From Mobula hypostoma (taxonomy: Eukaryota), in assembly GCF_963921235.1 (NCBI RefSeq), contig NC_086105.1, positions 95,852,001 through 95,916,000 on the forward strand: 64,000 bases of DNA, written 5' to 3'. Made by a program: the position numbers and the translations under genes. Below, piece by piece: positions 61,821 through 64,000 of this stretch (its first letter is position 1; each line of letters begins with the position of its first letter). The notes beneath the pieces are model-generated. The model was not told the DNA's origin. It searched no databases and was given only the letters and a program-made list of their open reading frames with translations.

Positions 61821-61905
61821 ATAAAGCTACCAATCCTCTAAATACTGAAGAGAAATGGGAATGCATCAAGGGATTCTGCGATCAGGTCAATCTAGAGCTG
61901 GAGGG
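61821..61905 (+). CDS. GGA2: GGA adaptor exon 2
   Basis: ttttaaag|...|gtaag; (N)KATNPLNTEEKWECIKGFCDQVNLELEG, the VHS N-terminus; in phase with exon 1. Confidence 0.78.
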
Positions 61906-62224
61906 GTAAGAAGGGGATGGGTTACTAAAGTGATTTAAGTATCTAAAGAGAATGTCAGTACCCCATGTCTGTTATCTTCTCCGTGATCTCTGTGTGCCGT
62001 TGGTTCTGGCCTCTTGGCCCTCCAAACTGCACCAATAGGAGGCAAAAGCTTTGGTTACTACATTACTTAGCTTTGAACCACTCTCTCTAAAATTCTCAAA
62101 CTCTCTTAAAATAGACCACGTTGTCATCTACTTTATTGGTGCCAAATTTTGTTTAATAATCCTGATGTGAAAACGCCTTGTGTTGATTTCAGCAACATTG
62201 ACATTGCTATAATTCCATCAGATG

Positions 62225-62740
62225 AACCAGGGTAAGACTTTCCCAGTGAATGGTAAGGCCCTGGGCAGTATTGTGGAATGCAGGGTCCTAGGAATTTACA
62301 CACATACTTCACTGAAAGTGGCATTAAAGATAGATAGGCTAGTGAAGAAGACATTTGGCATGTTGGCCTTCATCAGTCAGGACAATGAGTGTAAGAATTG
62401 GGACATAGTTTTGCATTTGTACAAGATGTTGATAAGGCCACGCTTTGAGGATTGTGTACGGTTTTGGTCACCATGTTATAGGAAGGATGTAATTAAACCA
62501 GAGAGAGTGTAAAGAAGATTTACATGGATGTTGCCAAGATTCAAGGGCATAAGGTATAGGGAGGACTATTCCTTTGAATGTTGGAGACTGAGGGGTGACC
62601 TTTTAGAGATGTATTAAATGCTCCATGTTGGATTAAAGGCTGTAAATGAGGGATATGGTTAGGGTGATTACATATGGAAAAGATTTTAAAGGGATCTGTG
62701 GGGCAACCTCATGCAGAATGTGGTCTGTATATGGAGCAAC
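62225..62740 (+). mobile_element. Old CR1 fragment
   Basis: SLKVA..DRLVKK.FGMLAFI..LIRPRFEDCVRFWSP. Confidence 0.7.
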
Positions 62741-63077
62741 CTGCTGCCCGTTACGCCGCTGGCACTTAGGGCAGAGATGAAGGTCCTCCATCTTTTGGCA
62801 GTATTAGGCTTCCCTTCATTGTGTCAGTAGCTTGGTTTTCACTACTGTCAGCCATGCAAGCCCCAGTTGGAGACTCGGGAATACCGTCACACTCAGGTGT
62901 GGAAGAATTCTTCATTGTGGTTTCTGTAACAATTTTGTTTTACAAGTCTGGGTTATTAACCCTGAACTGACCCCTGAACCTAGAGGACCACTCTTAGTCT
63001 GGCCTGTACCCTTTGACCTGTTTGGCATGGGTGACCCTACTAAGAGCCAAGGCATAAAGCCCTGACTACAGCCAGCA

Positions 63078-64000
63078 TAGAATAATACAGCACACTACAG
63101 GCCCTTCGACCCACAATGTTGGGCCGACCCTTAAATCCTGCCTCCCATATAACCCCCCACCTTAAAATTCTCCATATACCTGTCTAGTCTCTTAAATTTC
63201 ACTGGTGTATCTGCCTCCACCACTGACTCAGGCAGTGCATTCCACGCACCAACCACTCTGAGTAAAAAAAAAAAAAAACCTTCCTCTAATATCCCCCTTG
63301 AACTTCCCACCCCTTACCTTAAAGCCATGTCCTCTTGTATTGAGCAGTGGTGCCCTGGGGACGAGGCGCTGGCTATCCACTCTATCTATTCCTCTTAATA
63401 TCTTGTATAACTCTATCATGTCTCCTCTCATCCTCCTTCTCTCCAAAGAGTAAAGCCCTAGCTCCCTTAATCGCTGATCGTAATGCATACTCTCTAAACC
63501 AGGCAGCATCCTGGTAAATCTCCTCTGTACCCTTTCCAATGCTTCCACATCCTTCCTATAGTGAGGCGACCAGAACTGGACACAGTACTCCAAGTGTGGC
63601 CTAACCAGAGTTTTATAGAGCTGCATCATTACATCGCGACTCTTAAACTCTGTCCCTCAACTTATGAAAGCTAACACCCCATAAGCTTTCTTAACTACCC
63701 TATCCACCTGTGAGGCAACTTTCAGGGATCTGTGGACATGTACCCCCAGATCCTTCTGCTCCTCCACACTACCAAGTATCCTGCCATTTACTTTGTACTC
63801 TGCCTTGGAGTTTGTCCTTCCAAAGTGTACCACCTCACACTTCTCTGGGTTGAACTCCATCTGCCATTTCTCAGCCCACTTCTGCATCCTATCAATGTCT
63901 CTCTGCAATCTTTGACAATCCTCTACACGATCTACAACACTGCCAATCTTTGTGTCATCTGCAGACTTGCCAACCCACCTTTCTACCCCCACATCCAGGT
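63078..64000 (-). mobile_element. Young CR1 LINE 3' part, runs off the window
   Basis: [39 protein letters not shown] with few disruptions. Confidence 0.92.

Noticed and set aside
62745-63078. Possible RTE-derived non-autonomous element or structured RNA
   Set aside because: Resembles an interspersed repeat, but I could not define its ends, TSD or a ribozyme fold with confidence

Overview
Vertebrate genomic DNA, most likely from a cartilaginous fish (inferred from HE1/V-type SINEs plus abundant CR1, Rex1 and Penelope-like families). Three spliced host genes lie on the + strand: the last four coding exons of an MFSD11/UNC93-like transporter (2610-11202), a complete 9-exon EARS2 mitochondrial glutamyl-tRNA synthetase (33703-47534, 535 aa), and the first two coding exons of a GGA adaptor, probably GGA2 (51760-61905). 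Most of the rest is transposon-derived: CR1, Rex1/Babar, L1, Nimb/I, R4/Dong, RTE, Penelope-like elements (PLE), solo LTRs and several SINE families, often nested and with readable target-site duplications (TSDs). Highlights: (1) a 3.2-kb, ~96-copy 33-bp minisatellite that is an amplification of 11 codons of a Rex1 reverse transcriptase and still sits inside its parent element; (2) PLE-borne minimal hammerhead ribozymes, including very small TSD-flanked insertions whose ends coincide with the ribozyme cleavage site or boundary, and a sense/antisense ribozyme pair in EARS2 intron 3; (3) a CR1>L1>(L1+Rex1) nest; (4) a decayed duplicate of GGA exon 2. Gene identities rest on recalled protein similarity, not database searches. 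TE boundaries without TSDs are approximate.
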